Origin: Promethearchaeota archaeon
GTDB taxonomy: Archaea > Asgardarchaeota > Lokiarchaeia > Sigyniarchaeales > SOKP01
Assembly: GCA_016840085.1 (NCBI GenBank)
Contig: JAEOTA010000034.1
Location: forward strand, 1 to 62,406
Length of the DNA stretch: 62,406 nt
Direction: 5' to 3'
In this document: in pieces, positions 38,662 through 49,034 of the stretch
Layout of the letters: every line of letters starts with the position of its first letter
How positions within the stretch are numbered: position 1 is the first letter of the stretch
Notes under the pieces: generated by a model
The model's input: only the letters and a program-made list of their open reading frames with translations
Told to the model about the DNA's origin: nothing
Database searches by the model: none
Position numbers and translations under genes: made by a program

Positions 38662-39294
38662 TTATACACCAAATATTTGTCTTAGTTCATTATAAATCTT
38701 AGACAACTCAGAAATTATTTTAGCATTATTCTGTTGAAGATAATAATTAATATATCCAGCTAAACCTTCACTATCATTAATCCAATCTAAGAAGGCTTTT
38801 ATTTCACCTTGTAGTTGTGGATCAATACTCACCCCTCCTGCCGAAGTCATTCCTCCTGCTGATGCTACACCGCCCATTTGTGCTCCTTTTTGACCCAATT
38901 GGGCATTAGGGTCCTTGAATGGTGTTTTTGAACTCATGGAACTAAGAACTCTTTGAACGTCCATCGCAGCACCAAGTCCATAACCATCAGGATCCATATA
39001 TGCAATTAACTCATGTTCTTCATCTTTTGCGCCAATGATACTACCTTCTCCTTTAAGGGATTTAGCTACTAATCTTTCGGCTTCTATTTGGAATACCGAA
39101 TATTTAACTCCTGATACCATTATGAATTGAGCATTTTGACCCATCCAGCTTGAAATCACTCTGTCTACATCTGCACTAATATCCCAATTATCTGTTGTAT
39201 AAATAATTTCTTTACCTTTAAGTACAACTGCTGCGATAATATGGGGATCTGATTGCATCAAATTATATACTGCAGTTGCAGGATCCACTGGCAT
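38662..39294 (-). CDS. Asgard profilin-like protein with C-terminal extension
   Basis: IIYTTDNWDISAD, VSGVKY, ERLVA....GEGSII, LIAYM.P resemble Loki profilin motifs (QTENWNIS.D, IQGIKY, ERKIGTN..GKGH). Followed by a Gly-rich linker and a helical domain. Confidence 0.75.
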   Translation of the reverse strand: MPVDPATAVYNLMQSDPHIIAAVVLKGKEIIYTTDNWDISADVDRVISSWMGQNAQFIMVSGVKYSVFQIEAERLVAKSLKGEGSIIGAKDEEHELIAYMDPDGYGLGAAMDVQRVLSSMSSKTPFKDPNAQLGQKGAQMGGVASAGGMTSAGGVSIDPQLQGEIKAFLDWINDSEGLAGYINYYLQQNNAKIISELSKIYNELRQIFGV

Positions 39295-39401
39295 CTTTTT
39301 TCCTCTTTCTTTTGGTAATTTTCAAATAAAATAAGATCTAAAGTCATTTAGTTTTGCTATAAAATAATTATTTACTAATTTATTAAAAATTTATCGATAA
39401 C

Positions 39402-39881
39402 TTAATTGTTATTAAAATTTTTACTTTTTTTAATATTGATTCTTCCGAATTTTGGCTTATTATATACTTTGATTTGATCTGAATTCTTTACACTAATTTC
39501 TCGATTATCTTTTTCAAATATTAGTTCATTCTTTAAAAAAGCTTTATGAAGATCATCCTTATTTTTTGAACTTTTTAAATGATCTTTAAGACTTATATCA
39601 CTTTTAAACAATTTCCCACATACTGGACAACTTAGTGAATCCTTCTCTAAAAGACCTTTAGGTGTTTTTACTATAATTGTATATGATCTCTTTATATTTA
39701 ACATACCCTTCTTATGCCGACAATAATGTCTTCTTAATTTTCCATAAGGTGGATAGTCGAAAAAAACTTTACTTCCATGCCGGCATTCCCAATATAATAT
39801 ATCTGCACCACATTTTGGGCATTTTGTTTGAAAAGATCGTAGATAACAATGCTTTCCGTGTGATTTATAAAAATGTCGCAT
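39402..39881 (-). CDS. multi-Zn-finger protein (includes a C2H2-type finger)
   Basis: CPKCG, C.H, H.C and CPVCGKLF.....L.DH........H. Confidence 0.65.
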   Translation of the reverse strand: MRHFYKSHGKHCYLRSFQTKCPKCGADILYWECRHGSKVFFDYPPYGKLRRHYCRHKKGMLNIKRSYTIIVKTPKGLLEKDSLSCPVCGKLFKSDISLKDHLKSSKNKDDLHKAFLKNELIFEKDNREISVKNSDQIKVYNKPKFGRINIKKSKNFNNN

Positions 39882-40046
39882 TATATAAATATAAAGAACA
39901 AACTTATTAAAATATTATGTTCTTAATTAAAAATCTAAAACTTAAAAATGCGATTATTATTAACGGATAAATCCTCAAAACGCAAACATTTAAATGTGCG
40001 AAAATAATTATGTGAATTAAAGAAGAGAAATTATTAAGGGTTAAAG

Positions 40047-40979
40047 TTGGTGGATCTCTCATCATCTCAAAAAAATTTTAATTTATGCCCAGAATGTGGT
40101 AACAAAAATTTAATTTCAGATGAGACTCGTGGTGAGATCGTTTGTAATTTTTGTGGTTTAGTTTTGAGTCAAAGAATAATAGATTCAGGACCAGAATGGC
40201 GAGCATTCACATCTGAAGAGGCTATTAAAAAGGTGAGAGTTGGAGCTCCCACAACTCTTACACTACATGATAAGGGGCTAAGTACTATGATTGGTTGGAA
40301 GAATAAAGATGCGTTTGGAAACCCAATAAGTCCTAAAATGAAAGCTGAAGTGTATAGGTTAAGGAAATGGCATGTAAGGACAAGAACTAATAAATCTATT
40401 GACAGAAATTTAGCATATGCTATGAATGAATTGGATCGATTTGCCTCTCAATTGAATTTATCTAAAGATTTAAAAGAATCTGCTGCTCACATCTATAGGA
40501 AAATGGCTAATAAAAATTTAATTAGAGGAAGATCTATTGAAGCAATGTTAATTGCCTCAATTTATTTATCATGTAGACTAAATAACATACCAAAAACTTT
40601 AGATGACTTTATTGAGTTCGCATCTGTTGATAAGAAAAAAGTAGCTCGATGTTATAGATTAATTTTAAATGAGCTTAAACTGAATATACAAGTATCTTCT
40701 CCAATCAATTTTATTCCAAGATTTTGCGCAGAATTAAAACTATCAGGGAGAACTCAAAATAGGGCAGCTTCAATTTTGAAACTTGCTAAGATGTATCGTA
40801 TTACTGCAGGTAAAGCTCCAACAGGTTTAGCAGGTGCAGCTCTCTATGTTGCTGCTATTCAAGAGGGAGAACGTCGAACCCAAAAAGAAATTTCTCTAAC
40901 GGCGGGGGTAACTGAAGCAACTATTAGAAATCGTTATAAAGAACTAATTAATCATTTGAAATTTGATTTAAATGTATAA
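40047..40979 (+). CDS. tfb: transcription initiation factor IIB
   Basis: CPECG...GEIVC..CG, GPEWRAF, LHDKGLST, two cyclin repeats, TEATIRNRYKEL. Confidence 0.97.
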   Translation: MVDLSSSQKNFNLCPECGNKNLISDETRGEIVCNFCGLVLSQRIIDSGPEWRAFTSEEAIKKVRVGAPTTLTLHDKGLSTMIGWKNKDAFGNPISPKMKAEVYRLRKWHVRTRTNKSIDRNLAYAMNELDRFASQLNLSKDLKESAAHIYRKMANKNLIRGRSIEAMLIASIYLSCRLNNIPKTLDDFIEFASVDKKKVARCYRLILNELKLNIQVSSPINFIPRFCAELKLSGRTQNRAASILKLAKMYRITAGKAPTGLAGAALYVAAIQEGERRTQKEISLTAGVTEATIRNRYKELINHLKFDLNV

Positions 40980-41029
40980 GGAAATTGATATTGTTTAGAA
41001 TAAATTGATCTTTTAAGAAAAAGGCTTCA

Positions 41030-41179
41030 CTAGCGAACTTTTATTCTTTTTATGACTTCAGGTCGCTTTTTATATAAAATTCGAAAACCACAATGGGAAC
41101 ACTTAATACCGGGTAATGCACTTAATTCTTTTTTACTAACTTCTTTCCCACAACTCTTTCTTGCGCACACATATTTCAT
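41030..41179 (-). CDS. rpoP: RNA polymerase subunit Rpo12 (RpoP), not in ORF track
   Basis: MKYVCARKSCGKEVSKKELSALPGIKCSHCGFRILYKKRPEVIKRIKVR* (49 aa), with the C..CG.RILYK.R signature. Confidence 0.9.
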   Translation of the reverse strand: MKYVCARKSCGKEVSKKELSALPGIKCSHCGFRILYKKRPEVIKRIKVR

Positions 41180-41281
41180 ATAATCTTCAAATTTTACATA
41201 ATTAAAATACTTTTTGTTTATTTGCTGAAATATAAAAAAAGTTTTAGATAAAAGAAATAAACTGATGCCAATATTTATATC

Positions 41282-42091
41282 TTAAATATACAATGATTTT
41301 CGTTTATCATCTGCATCAATAATATTGAGATTATCCAGATCTTTTTCTAATTGATCTCTTTTAATTTGGAGATTTTTAGTAATATTTTCAATATTTTCTA
41401 TAGAATATTTCTTTTTTATGGGCAAAGTAAAAGATTTTTTTAGCATTTCTAAAAGAATAATTGATGCTTTTAAATCAGTAATATCTTCATTAATCATGGC
41501 TAAGTTATCTGTCTCTGCGAGGAATACTAAACCATCAATATTAAATCTTGCTTTTGCTAAAGTGGGGATTAAGCCATTTGCGCCAATTATTACTCCTTTT
41601 TGTATTTTTTCACAATTATTTCCATTCATATACTTTTCTAATATCTCTCGATTTGTTGAACTAGCAAAAATTTTAGGTAATTTTGAATTTAACTTTCGAC
41701 TACTAACAGGATATGCCCCTAAAGCAATAATTAATTTAATTCCATATTGATGGATTATATCTGTTAAGAAATTAGAAATCTTATATATTCCCTTTGGGGT
41801 TAAACTTTGGGCATCAGCTGTTATTAACATAATATCTCTTAACTTATTGGGATCATTCCAATATAAAATTTCAGCTTTAGGAGCTGATAAAATACTATCA
41901 TCCACAATTGCTCCAGCAGGATAATCATCAAAAATAATATCCATTAAATTTTTAGCATTAAGCTGACCAATTAACGAATCTAAAGCAAACTTACCTACAT
42001 CAGCAATACCAGGCATTCCCAAAATACAAATTGGATTTATTAAATCTTCTTTGGTAATATGATTATGGTTAATTTTTCTTATTCCTTCCAT
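41282..42091 (-). CDS. PAC2 family proteasome assembly chaperone
   Basis: NPICILGMPGIADVGK, IIALGAY, G.IIGANGLI, LAET...D..AS, C-terminal LYI (HbYX motif). Confidence 0.85.
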   Translation of the reverse strand: MEGIRKINHNHITKEDLINPICILGMPGIADVGKFALDSLIGQLNAKNLMDIIFDDYPAGAIVDDSILSAPKAEILYWNDPNKLRDIMLITADAQSLTPKGIYKISNFLTDIIHQYGIKLIIALGAYPVSSRKLNSKLPKIFASSTNREILEKYMNGNNCEKIQKGVIIGANGLIPTLAKARFNIDGLVFLAETDNLAMINEDITDLKASIILLEMLKKSFTLPIKKKYSIENIENITKNLQIKRDQLEKDLDNLNIIDADDKRKSLYI

Positions 42092-42287
42092 ATCTTTAAC
42101 CTTATATTTGTAAAAATATGTCTAATAATAGGATATTTTTTTCAATTTAAAAACGATGTATTATCCTAGTAGACACAAGGATTATTGCAAAAGTAATATA
42201 ATCATAATATCAAAAAATTAAATTAATAAGATTGGTTTTATCATATAGAAGAAGTACTAGATCTTTATTTAAATAATAATTCTGTTT

Positions 42288-42884
42288 ATGGTGCACTTGG
42301 TTTATAAATGTTTGATGTGTGGAACATGTTGTCATGAGATTCCTGGGGATTATAAAAAGAGAATTCCCTTATATCCTGAAGAAGTTGATAAACTTATTGA
42401 AATGGCTGAAAAACTTGGAGTAGAATTTAAAGTTATAGAGGATTTAGTATTCCCTGATATTAAAAATGAAAAAATTTTAATACTTACTTATCGAATTAGG
42501 TTAGAAAATGATACTCATGGATGTCCTTTCTATATAAAAAATAAAGGGTGTACTGTTCACAATGCCAAACCTTTAGCGTGCCAAGCTTATCCGTTAGCTC
42601 TAAAACGTATTGACGCATTTAATTTTGAAATAACTATTGATCCTCTATGTAATTATGTAATAGATAATTATAATGAATTAAAAAATTTAGATTTAGAAAA
42701 ATTAAAAAAGATCTTTAAGGATGAGTACCCAAAAGCTGAAAATTTTTTTCGAAAGAATAAGAACCTAATGTTTGAGATAAGGAAATTAGAGGTGACTAAA
42801 AAAATAGAAATACCTCGTGAAATAAGCTTAGATGCCTATAATTTATATTTAGCAAATTGGGATCGAGACGAAATTAGAGTTTAA
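42288..42884 (+). CDS. YkgJ family CxxCxxCC Fe-S/Zn protein
   Basis: CLMCGTCC, CPFY...GCTVH..KP.AC..YP. Confidence 0.85.
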   Translation: MVHLVYKCLMCGTCCHEIPGDYKKRIPLYPEEVDKLIEMAEKLGVEFKVIEDLVFPDIKNEKILILTYRIRLENDTHGCPFYIKNKGCTVHNAKPLACQAYPLALKRIDAFNFEITIDPLCNYVIDNYNELKNLDLEKLKKIFKDEYPKAENFFRKNKNLMFEIRKLEVTKKIEIPREISLDAYNLYLANWDRDEIRV

Positions 42885-42957
42885 AACTCTCTAATTTTGG
42901 GTTTTCTTTTAAAATATCAAGAATAATAATTCTGAGCATTAATAAACTGTTACATAA

Positions 42958-43356
42958 TTAAATTTGTAATTTTAAATCTCCAATTAGCATACTAAATTTC
43001 TTATCTCCTAACCTAACTATTTTATAATTATTAAACGCTTCACTAATTAGTTGAGCCAAAATATGCTTACAAAAATTTCGCTTTTTGTTCACAACAACAT
43101 TTTTATAAAAATCCTGACAAGAGCAATATATTCTTGGATATATTAAATGTTCTTGATTTTCTCCCATAGCAGTCCAAACGATTCTATTAGAGGGTTTATA
43201 GATATATTTTGTTATTCCTCTCTTCAATACTTCAATAACAGTTGTAGATTTTTCAGGAAAGATATCTTCTAAAAATGAGATTAGATCTTCATCAATTAAT
43301 TTTTTTTTTTTTGCTCTTTCAAAAAATTCTAATAAAAAATCTTTTGACATATGCAC
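42958..43356 (-). CDS. SWIM zinc finger protein
   Basis: YCSCQDF.........CKHILA. Confidence 0.8.
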   Translation of the reverse strand: MHMSKDFLLEFFERAKKKKLIDEDLISFLEDIFPEKSTTVIEVLKRGITKYIYKPSNRIVWTAMGENQEHLIYPRIYCSCQDFYKNVVVNKKRNFCKHILAQLISEAFNNYKIVRLGDKKFSMLIGDLKLQI

Positions 43357-43402
43357 TATATATAATATTAAAATATTCTAATAAAAAAATATCATTGAAG
43401 TT

Positions 43403-44698
43403 TTGAATAAAATATTATATCTTCCAACAAGGTACTTTCCTTCAATATCTGGAGCCGAATTCTATTTACAACGTATGGCTGAAATCCTAAGTTCAAAATA
43501 TAATTATGAAATAGATATTTTTACTTCTAATGCTATAGATTTTAAAGCCTTAAGAGATAATAATGGAAAGAAAATAGATAAACGTAATAAATTTTATCAC
43601 AGCGTAAATAATTTGAAAATAAATAGATTTACGGTTAATTATGGTGTTCCAAATAATGTAATTCTAAATAAAATGAAAAAGATTGAGGCATTTAAATCAT
43701 TAAATCTTTCTGATGACTGTGTGAAAAAATTTATTAAAAATGGACCATATTCAGAGGAATTCATAGATTTTTTCCTTATGACAAAAGATTTGAATTATGA
43801 TTTAATTCATACAACATTTTATCCATATTTTAATTTAATATTAAGTTTGATTATTGGAAATATACTGAATAAACCAAAAATTTGTACTCCTTTTTTTCAT
43901 TTTTCAAATCCTAGATATTCAGATTTAGATTTAATTGAAGTTTTGAAGAAATTTGATATTATCATTGCTTGTACTTATGTTGAGAAAAAATTTTTAATAG
44001 AAAATCTGAAGATCCCTAGAGAAAATATTAAAGTAATTTCAATGGGAGTTGATTACTATAGATTTGAAAGGATCCACAAGTCTAAGTACAAAAATTACTA
44101 TTTTAAAAATATTTATTTTGATAAAAAAGAAAAACATTATAAATTAATTTTATTCTGTGGAAATAAGAATTATGAAAAAGGTGCTATTTCAATCTTAAAA
44201 TCTATTCCTCATATTCTTAAAAAAATTAAAAAAGTTAATTTTATTTTTATTGGACCATCAACTACTGCTTATAATCATGAATTAAAAAAAATCCAAAAAA
44301 CTACAAATATTAAAATAATCAATCTTACTCCAGATAATTTAACGGGTTATTATGACAAGAAAAAATTGACCGCATTTAAAGAGGCAGATCTATATTTAAT
44401 GCCAAGTCGTAGTGACGCTTTTGGAATTTCATTTTTAGAAGCATGGGCCGCTGGAAAGCCTGTTATTGGTGCAAGAATAGGCGCTACTCCTGAAGTGATC
44501 AGAGAAAATATTGATGGTTTTTTAGTTGAATTTGATAATCCAGAGGATATTGCTCAAAAGGTTGTTAAATTATTAAAAAATAAGAGATTACGCAAAAGAC
44601 TCGGTTCAGCAGGGCAATTAAAAGTTTCTCAAAATTACACTTGGGATATCATAGCTAAAAAAACTCATGAAGTATATCAAACTTTAATGAACATATAA
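43403..44698 (+). CDS. GT4 family glycosyltransferase
   Basis: Y.P.ISGAE, K..EKG, PSRSDAFGISFLEAWAAGKPVI, E.I....DG.L. Confidence 0.9.
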   Translation: MNKILYLPTRYFPSISGAEFYLQRMAEILSSKYNYEIDIFTSNAIDFKALRDNNGKKIDKRNKFYHSVNNLKINRFTVNYGVPNNVILNKMKKIEAFKSLNLSDDCVKKFIKNGPYSEEFIDFFLMTKDLNYDLIHTTFYPYFNLILSLIIGNILNKPKICTPFFHFSNPRYSDLDLIEVLKKFDIIIACTYVEKKFLIENLKIPRENIKVISMGVDYYRFERIHKSKYKNYYFKNIYFDKKEKHYKLILFCGNKNYEKGAISILKSIPHILKKIKKVNFIFIGPSTTAYNHELKKIQKTTNIKIINLTPDNLTGYYDKKKLTAFKEADLYLMPSRSDAFGISFLEAWAAGKPVIGARIGATPEVIRENIDGFLVEFDNPEDIAQKVVKLLKNKRLRKRLGSAGQLKVSQNYTWDIIAKKTHEVYQTLMNI

Positions 44699-44714
44699 GA
44701 TTATTCACAAAAAT

Positions 44715-45935
44715 ATGAAAAAAATATCAGGAAATCCTTTTTTAAAAAAAGAAAACGGACAAATTTTTATTGATTTAGTCCCTTTTAAAAACCTAATAAA
44801 AAAATATAAAACTCCGATTCTTATATTTTTAGAAAATCGAATTAGGGATAATATTAAATCTTTTAGAAATGTCTTTAACACAGAGTTTAAGCGTTTTAAA
44901 TGTTTCTACTCATTAAAAGCCAATTTTCTTCCTGAAATATGTAAGATTATTTACTCTGAAGGGATTGGTGTTGAACTTATTGGATTACCTGAACTAAAAT
45001 TAGCTTTAAAAATTGGTTTTCCCCCAAGTAGGATAATAATCGGAGGGCCATATTTATCAAAAGAGCTTATTGAGGCAAGTATCAAAAGTAAAGTAAGAGA
45101 AATAATAATATATGATTTAAACGATTTAAAAAAAATCAATTCAATTGCCCAAAAGTTTGATCAAGTTCAAAATATTAGCATTAGAATAAATTCTCAAAAA
45201 TTTAAAAGTAAATTGGGTATAGTATTAAATGAACACAAAATAAAACAATTAAAGGAATCATGCATATTGTATCAAAATATTAAACTTACTTCAATTTTAT
45301 CTCACTATAGCACTCAAATGAATGATTTGAACCAGTATAAAAGAAATATAGCTACTATATCAAATAATTTGAAAGTACTACTATCCCATAATATTAATGT
45401 TGAGAACATAAATTTTGGTGGTGGGTTTCCAGAAGCTACAGTTATGCCTCAAGATCAATTAAAGAAAATAGCAAAATCTATTAGAATTCTTTTAGATGAA
45501 TCAGAAATTAATTATAGGAATGTTTATTTTGAACCTGGAAGATATTTTATAGGTGACTCTGGGTTATTTATCGCGAAAATTGTTAAAGTAGGTGAAAAGC
45601 GGTGGATATTTTTAAATATTGGAAATCATATTTGCCCAAAATTTGCTAAATGTTCTTTAAGATTTTATAATGCTTCCCTAATAGATAAACCACATAAATA
45701 TAAAACTTCTATAGCTGGAATTGTACCAACTGATCAAGATGTATTAGCAAAAAATTACTTTTTCACTGAACAATTAAAGCAGGGTAATAAGATTATGATA
45801 ACAAATACAGGAGCTTATTGTTTAACTTTTTCAAATCGGTTTCCTTATTCTTTGCCAAAAATACTTTTGATAAAAGGGAATGATGTTAATGAGATATTTG
45901 ATCCTGAAATAAATCAAGATTTTTCAATAAATTAA
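44715..45935 (+). CDS. PLP-dependent group IV decarboxylase (LysA/ODC-like, divergent)
   Basis: YSLKAN (PLP Lys), SKLG, NFGGGFP, EPGRY, NTGAY. The usual catalytic Cys motif appears as GIVPTDQD. Confidence 0.8.
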   Translation: MKKISGNPFLKKENGQIFIDLVPFKNLIKKYKTPILIFLENRIRDNIKSFRNVFNTEFKRFKCFYSLKANFLPEICKIIYSEGIGVELIGLPELKLALKIGFPPSRIIIGGPYLSKELIEASIKSKVREIIIYDLNDLKKINSIAQKFDQVQNISIRINSQKFKSKLGIVLNEHKIKQLKESCILYQNIKLTSILSHYSTQMNDLNQYKRNIATISNNLKVLLSHNINVENINFGGGFPEATVMPQDQLKKIAKSIRILLDESEINYRNVYFEPGRYFIGDSGLFIAKIVKVGEKRWIFLNIGNHICPKFAKCSLRFYNASLIDKPHKYKTSIAGIVPTDQDVLAKNYFFTEQLKQGNKIMITNTGAYCLTFSNRFPYSLPKILLIKGNDVNEIFDPEINQDFSIN

Positions 45936-46037
45936 ATCAAATTTTGGGAGATTTTAAGTATTATTAGCATAACACATTAATTCTAATTTTTTAATTAAAT
46001 TTTATTTTGTAGCATTAAATTAAAGAATTGATTTATT

Positions 46038-47144
46038 ATGGAATCATTTATTAAAAATGCCAGCAAAAGAGAGATAGTTAGAACACAGATTGATCCATTT
46101 GGTCATGCTAACATTAAAATTGTTGGTTGTGGTGGTGCTGGAAACAATACGATAAACAGATTAATGAAAATCGGAATTCGAGGCGCTACATGTGTAGCTA
46201 TTAATACAGATTGTCAACATTTAGATAGTATTGAATCACATATTAAATTATTAATTGGGAAGAATTTAACTAAGGGTTTAGGTGCGGGAGGAAATCCTGA
46301 AATCGGAAGAGCTGCTGCTGAAGAATCTCGGCAGGATCTAACCAAAGTTTTAAGAGAATCAAATTTGGTTTTCATAACGTGTGGAGAAGGTGGAGGAACT
46401 GGAACCGGAAGCGCTCCTATCGTGGCAGAAATAGCGAAACTCGAGGGAGCAATAGTAGTAGGTGTAGTAACTTTACCTTTTGAAACCGAAATTGGACGTA
46501 TTGATAAAGCAAAGATGGGACTAAATCTTTTGAAAAGATATGTTGATACGCTAGTAGTTATAGACAATAATAGATTACTAGAAATTGCACCCAATTTACC
46601 AATTATAGAAGCGTTTAGCGTAGCTGATGAAGTTCTAGCTACAATGGTTAAAGGTATCACAGAAACAATTTCTTTGCCCTCCTTAATAAATTTAGATTTT
46701 GCTGATGTAAGAACAATCTTAAGTACAGGAGGTGTCGCAATCGTAGGCGTAGGTGAATCAAATAAAAAAGATAATCGAATTGAAGATGCTATTAATGATG
46801 CATTAAATACTCCTTTATTAGACGTTAACATTGATGGAGCAAAAGGAGCATTAATCCATATTTGTGGAGGAAATGATATGACATTAGCAGAAGCAAATTC
46901 TGTAGCACAGAAAATTACTGAAAAAATGGATGTACATGATTCTATGGTAATATGGGGTGCCCGAGTTTCAGATGAGTTTGATGGTTTTATAAGAGTTATG
47001 CTTCTTATAACTGGAATAAAATCACCTCAAATATTTGGTAATGGGTATAAAATCAACCAACCAATTTATAAATCAATATCTAAATCTTCAAAGGCTAGTT
47101 TATCAGATGATATTTTTAACATTGGTGAAATTACATTTGATTAA
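46038..47144 (+). CDS. ftsZ: cell division protein FtsZ
   Basis: GCGGAGNN, NTD, GLGAGGNPE.G, GGGTGTG, NLDFADV. Confidence 0.97.
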   Translation: MESFIKNASKREIVRTQIDPFGHANIKIVGCGGAGNNTINRLMKIGIRGATCVAINTDCQHLDSIESHIKLLIGKNLTKGLGAGGNPEIGRAAAEESRQDLTKVLRESNLVFITCGEGGGTGTGSAPIVAEIAKLEGAIVVGVVTLPFETEIGRIDKAKMGLNLLKRYVDTLVVIDNNRLLEIAPNLPIIEAFSVADEVLATMVKGITETISLPSLINLDFADVRTILSTGGVAIVGVGESNKKDNRIEDAINDALNTPLLDVNIDGAKGALIHICGGNDMTLAEANSVAQKITEKMDVHDSMVIWGARVSDEFDGFIRVMLLITGIKSPQIFGNGYKINQPIYKSISKSSKASLSDDIFNIGEITFD

Positions 47145-47191
47145 TTGAAATTTTATTATTCCTTTTTATATTTCTTTTAGAATTCAAATAT

Positions 47192-47560
47192 ATGAAAAAT
47201 AAGTTTTCACCAGAAATTCAGAATGAAATAGATGATATTTTTGAAAAAATAAATATATGGAAAGAGTTATTTTACTTTAAGGTTGAATTTTATTTTGATG
47301 GATGGGCAATATTCCTGAGGGAAAAAAATCTCTATCCAAGATCTATAGTAATTTTTAAATCATATGTAAAAAACACATATTCTCTAAGAAGTTTTGAAAT
47401 ACACCTTCATAATTTAAAAAAAGAGGAATTTAAAGAAATTTATTCTAAAGAAGATATAAGAAATCATGAAAATTTATTAAAAGAACTAAAAGAAGTCATA
47501 TATGGAAAAGATTTATTAAGAAATGTCTCAAAAACCTATAAAAATGCATTTCTACAATAG
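47192..47560 (+). CDS. hypothetical protein
   Basis: 122-aa ORF co-oriented directly after ftsZ. Confidence 0.6.
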   Translation: MKNKFSPEIQNEIDDIFEKINIWKELFYFKVEFYFDGWAIFLREKNLYPRSIVIFKSYVKNTYSLRSFEIHLHNLKKEEFKEIYSKEDIRNHENLLKELKEVIYGKDLLRNVSKTYKNAFLQ

Positions 47561-47565
47561 TTTTT

Positions 47566-48123
47566 TTAAAATTCAGGTTTATAAAACTGTCTAAATTGTT
47601 CCTTCTTTTTCTCATTATACTTATTCTCTAAAAACTTTAAAACTACATGATGTGGCGTACCATTTATTAACATATTCGTCGCTTTTCTAGCAATCTGTAA
47701 ATTTTCGTAGTCTGCTATTATAGAAACTGTTTTACCATAAACAGAGACGAAACTTTCAGCATATTTTTCAATAGCTTTTCGTACTTCACCATTCCTTCCG
47801 ATAACCCTTCCCTTTACACGTTTTATACGTTTATCAGATTTTCCCAAAATTGACATAAGATTAAAAATTTCAAGATCATAGTTTTCTTCTAACAATTTCA
47901 TAGCTTTAGTTGGATTAAAACCTCTACTAATTGCGTTAACTATCTTTTGCGCAGTGTAAATGTTAAGTGGCATGTAATTTGGATCATCTGGTATTGGTAA
48001 AATTTCACAATCGCCAGTTTTGCTATCTAATTTAATCTTTACACCAAGTTTCTCTTCAATTTCCTTTTTTATTCTACCATCTTTTCCTATTAATATTGCA
48101 ATGCGATTTTTTCCAACCTTCAT
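47566..48123 (-). CDS. KH-domain pre-rRNA processing protein (Dim2/Pno1-like)
   Basis: LIGKDG, AI.RGF.P..A..L, RVKGRVIGRNG, SVYGKTVSII. Confidence 0.9.
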   Translation of the reverse strand: MKVGKNRIAILIGKDGRIKKEIEEKLGVKIKLDSKTGDCEILPIPDDPNYMPLNIYTAQKIVNAISRGFNPTKAMKLLEENYDLEIFNLMSILGKSDKRIKRVKGRVIGRNGEVRKAIEKYAESFVSVYGKTVSIIADYENLQIARKATNMLINGTPHHVVLKFLENKYNEKKKEQFRQFYKPEF

Positions 48124-48173
48124 TTTTTTAACTTTTTTTATTGAAATCTTAACTTATAATATATCAAAATCTT

Positions 48174-49022
48174 TTAATTTCTTGGATTTGTAACTTCATA
48201 ATAGAATTTTTTAGGATCTGGAAGTCCTATACCAAATTTTTCAAAAAACTTAAAGATATTTTTAATATCTCTTACCAAATAAACTTCTGCTTTTGGATGT
48301 TGTATAGAGACAGCTTGAGATATATCAATTACTACTGGTTTCTGATTATGATACAAAATATTAAATTCACTCAGATCTCCATGAACTAATTTAGCATTTT
48401 GATATAAAATTTTTATAAAATCTAAAATTTCATTAAAAAGATTAATTGGATCTTTAGGCTTTTTAATATCCTTTAGAATTGGAGCAGGTATAGATTCAAA
48501 ACCGATATATTCCATTAAAAGAATATTACTTTTAATAAATATAGGTTTTGGGACGCTTAAACCAACTTTATATGCTCTTTTAAGATTTTTGAATTCTTTA
48601 CTTGCCCATAAATAAATAATTTTGGATACATTACTAGGTATTTTTTTAAATCTAGGATCTCCGATAATATAATTTCTCATCCATCTTGAGGTGTTACTAT
48701 CAATTTTATATATTTTAACAGCAACTTCAAATCCATTTTGATCATAAGCTAAATAAACATTTGCCTCCTTTCCAGAAGATATTATGCCTTCTATTCTTTC
48801 TAGCGGCCCATTTACTAATATTTTATTTAATTGAAAAACTGTACGTTCATCAAAAACAGATTCAATAGTAGCCCTTTTCTTAGATTGGTCAATCTTTTTA
48901 ATTCTTTTGTTGTCTATTTTTCTTTTTTCTAGCTCATCAATACTAGTTTCAAGCTTATCATTTAATTCATTATCTAAGAATTCATCAAATTCCTTATCAA
49001 CGTTATTATTTTTTTCTTCCAA
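48174..49022 (-). CDS. rio1: RIO1 family kinase
   Basis: ISSGKEANVY, AVKIY, YIIGDPRF, WA.KEF.NL, LVHGDLSEFNIL, IDISQAV...HP. Confidence 0.93.
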   Translation of the reverse strand: MEEKNNNVDKEFDEFLDNELNDKLETSIDELEKRKIDNKRIKKIDQSKKRATIESVFDERTVFQLNKILVNGPLERIEGIISSGKEANVYLAYDQNGFEVAVKIYKIDSNTSRWMRNYIIGDPRFKKIPSNVSKIIYLWASKEFKNLKRAYKVGLSVPKPIFIKSNILLMEYIGFESIPAPILKDIKKPKDPINLFNEILDFIKILYQNAKLVHGDLSEFNILYHNQKPVVIDISQAVSIQHPKAEVYLVRDIKNIFKFFEKFGIGLPDPKKFYYEVTNPRN

Positions 49023-49034
49023 TAAAATATTCCT

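Noticed and set aside
46214-46831. Long antisense ORFs (also 55123-55731, 51062-51433, 41418-41750, 37901-38260 and others)
   Set aside because: They are shadows of well-supported genes on the opposite strand.
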